Positions 62,875-64,000 of a stretch of DNA of 64,000 nt are shown here, piece by piece. How positions within the stretch are numbered: the stretch's first letter is position 1; the number at the start of each line of letters is the position of its first letter. Where the stretch lies: the NCBI GenBank assembly GCA_008632985.1, contig QPGO01000256.1, forward strand, positions 1 to 64,000. Direction: 5' to 3'. The notes beneath the pieces are model-generated. The model ran no database searches and was not told the DNA's origin. It worked only from the letters and a program-made list of their open reading frames with translations. The translations under genes were made by a program, and so were the position numbers. This stretch comes from Psammoneis japonica (taxonomy: Eukaryota).

Positions 62875-64000
62875 ATGACGTCTCCGGAAATGACAAACCG
62901 TAGTTCTTATCGACGTTATGGCAATAGCAAACGCCTTACGTATGTGTTATTTTGGTTCTTGGTGATTGTCGTAATTGCTGGTGGCTCGGATAAAGAGCAA
63001 ACATGCCAAGCGGGAGACAACGAGTGCGCGGCAGCTGCTGATGTCGAGGAAGATGATTCTTGTGTAGACAAGCACGAACAATGCGGCTTGTGGGCTTCCA
63101 AAGACGAGTGCGTCAGCAATTCCGACCATATGCAGAAAAATTGTCCCAAGAGTTGTGGCGTTTGCAAAAAGAAAAAGCTCACAGAAAGCGCATGGGGAGT
63201 TCCTCAGGATTCGTCCGACTCTCGGGTGGAGGACGTTTTGAAAACGACCGAGGATTACATGACCAATCAAGTCATGGTGGAGGAAAAGTACAAAAACATT
63301 CGATCTCATTGTCAGAATCGTCACGAGCTATGTGCCTTTTGGGCCGTCGTTGGTGAATGCGAGGTCAATCCACAATACATGGCTCTCCACTGTGCACCGA
63401 GTTGCCAATCATGCGAACTCTTGGACTTTCAAACACGATGCCCCTACGACAAAGATGCACCTACTGCTCTGACTCACGAGGGAGAGTTGAATACCATCTT
63501 TGAGCGCATCATGACGCTACCTCATTACCAACAATTCGGGCCAAAAGCGCTTTCCAAACCAAACGGCAAGGACGAGGGCGTGATTGAAGGACCGTGGGTA
63601 GTCACGCTTGAACACTTTTTGTCTTCGCAAGAATGCAAAGAGCTGATTGAATTGGGTGCTCTAGAGGGATACGAACGATCTTCGGATGTCGGTGAAGCCC
63701 AGTTTGATGGAACGTACGATTCGTATGAAAACGAGGGACGCACATCCACCAACGCCTGGTGCGTGGACAAGTGTTACGAGAATGCCACGGTCCAGACGGT
63801 TCTAGCGAGAATGGAAAACTTGACTGGGATCCCCAAGGAAAACTACGAGTACTTGCAAATGCTTCAATACGAGGAAACGCAACGTTATCAAACTCACCAC
63901 GACTACATTGAGCATCAATTGGAACGGTCCGAGGGACCGAGAATCTTGACGCTCTTTTTGTATCTCAACACTGTGCCCCAAGGCGGTGGTACGAATTTTC
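62875..64000 (+). CDS. Prolyl 4-hydroxylase alpha-like 2OG-Fe(II) dioxygenase with two ShK domains, 3' truncated by the window end
   Basis: Open frame from ATG 62875 (or 62890) to the window end, absent from the ORF track. Signal/anchor, ShK domains CVDKHEQCGLWA...CPKSCGVC and CQNRHELCAFWA...CAPSCQSC, then GPWVV.LE.FLS..EC, RTSTNAW, HHD and RILTLFLYLN.V..GGGTNF. Confidence 0.92.
   Translation, partial: MTSPEMTNRSSYRRYGNSKRLTYVLFWFLVIVVIAGGSDKEQTCQAGDNECAAAADVEEDDSCVDKHEQCGLWASKDECVSNSDHMQKNCPKSCGVCKKKKLTESAWGVPQDSSDSRVEDVLKTTEDYMTNQVMVEEKYKNIRSHCQNRHELCAFWAVVGECEVNPQYMALHCAPSCQSCELLDFQTRCPYDKDAPTALTHEGELNTIFERIMTLPHYQQFGPKALSKPNGKDEGVIEGPWVVTLEHFLSSQECKELIELGALEGYERSSDVGEAQFDGTYDSYENEGRTSTNAWCVDKCYENATVQTVLARMENLTGIPKENYEYLQMLQYEETQRYQTHHDYIEHQLERSEGPRILTLFLYLNTVPQGGGTNF

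Overview
Eukaryotic nuclear DNA, very probably from a diatom. This is inferred from the delta-carbonic anhydrase, diatom-type Ty1/copia gag/pol remnants, a DUF1501-family remnant, an ShK-prolyl hydroxylase and short ~77-110 nt GT-AG introns. The window alternates between two compartments. (1) Gene islands of ordinary composition: a CLC exchanger, a MUS81-like ERCC4 nuclease, mitochondrial uL11, an ERF4-like membrane protein, a cyclic-nucleotide-binding kinase, a delta-CA with four upstream TGACGT/ACGTCA elements, a glycosyltransferase, an FG-GAP pseudogene, a Man1/Src1-like protein and a prolyl 4-hydroxylase cut by the window end. (2) Blocks of dead transposons and duplicated gene fragments (~1-8.9, 12-13.9, 18.1-26.8, 27.7-29.6, 38.2-49 and 54.9-59.9 kb) in which both TpA and CpG are almost erased and replaced by TpG/CpA. 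CpG loss is expected from 5mC decay. Near-total, repeat-restricted TpA->TpG/CpA loss is not, and it runs opposite to fungal RIP. Paralogous copies in the window show the change directly, and conserved Tyr codons in the elements read Cys or His. This is the best candidate for an undescribed repeat-targeted hypermutation (genome defence) system. Most ORF-track entries in these blocks are artefacts of lost TAA/TAG stops. All family calls are motif recognition by eye; no database searches were run.
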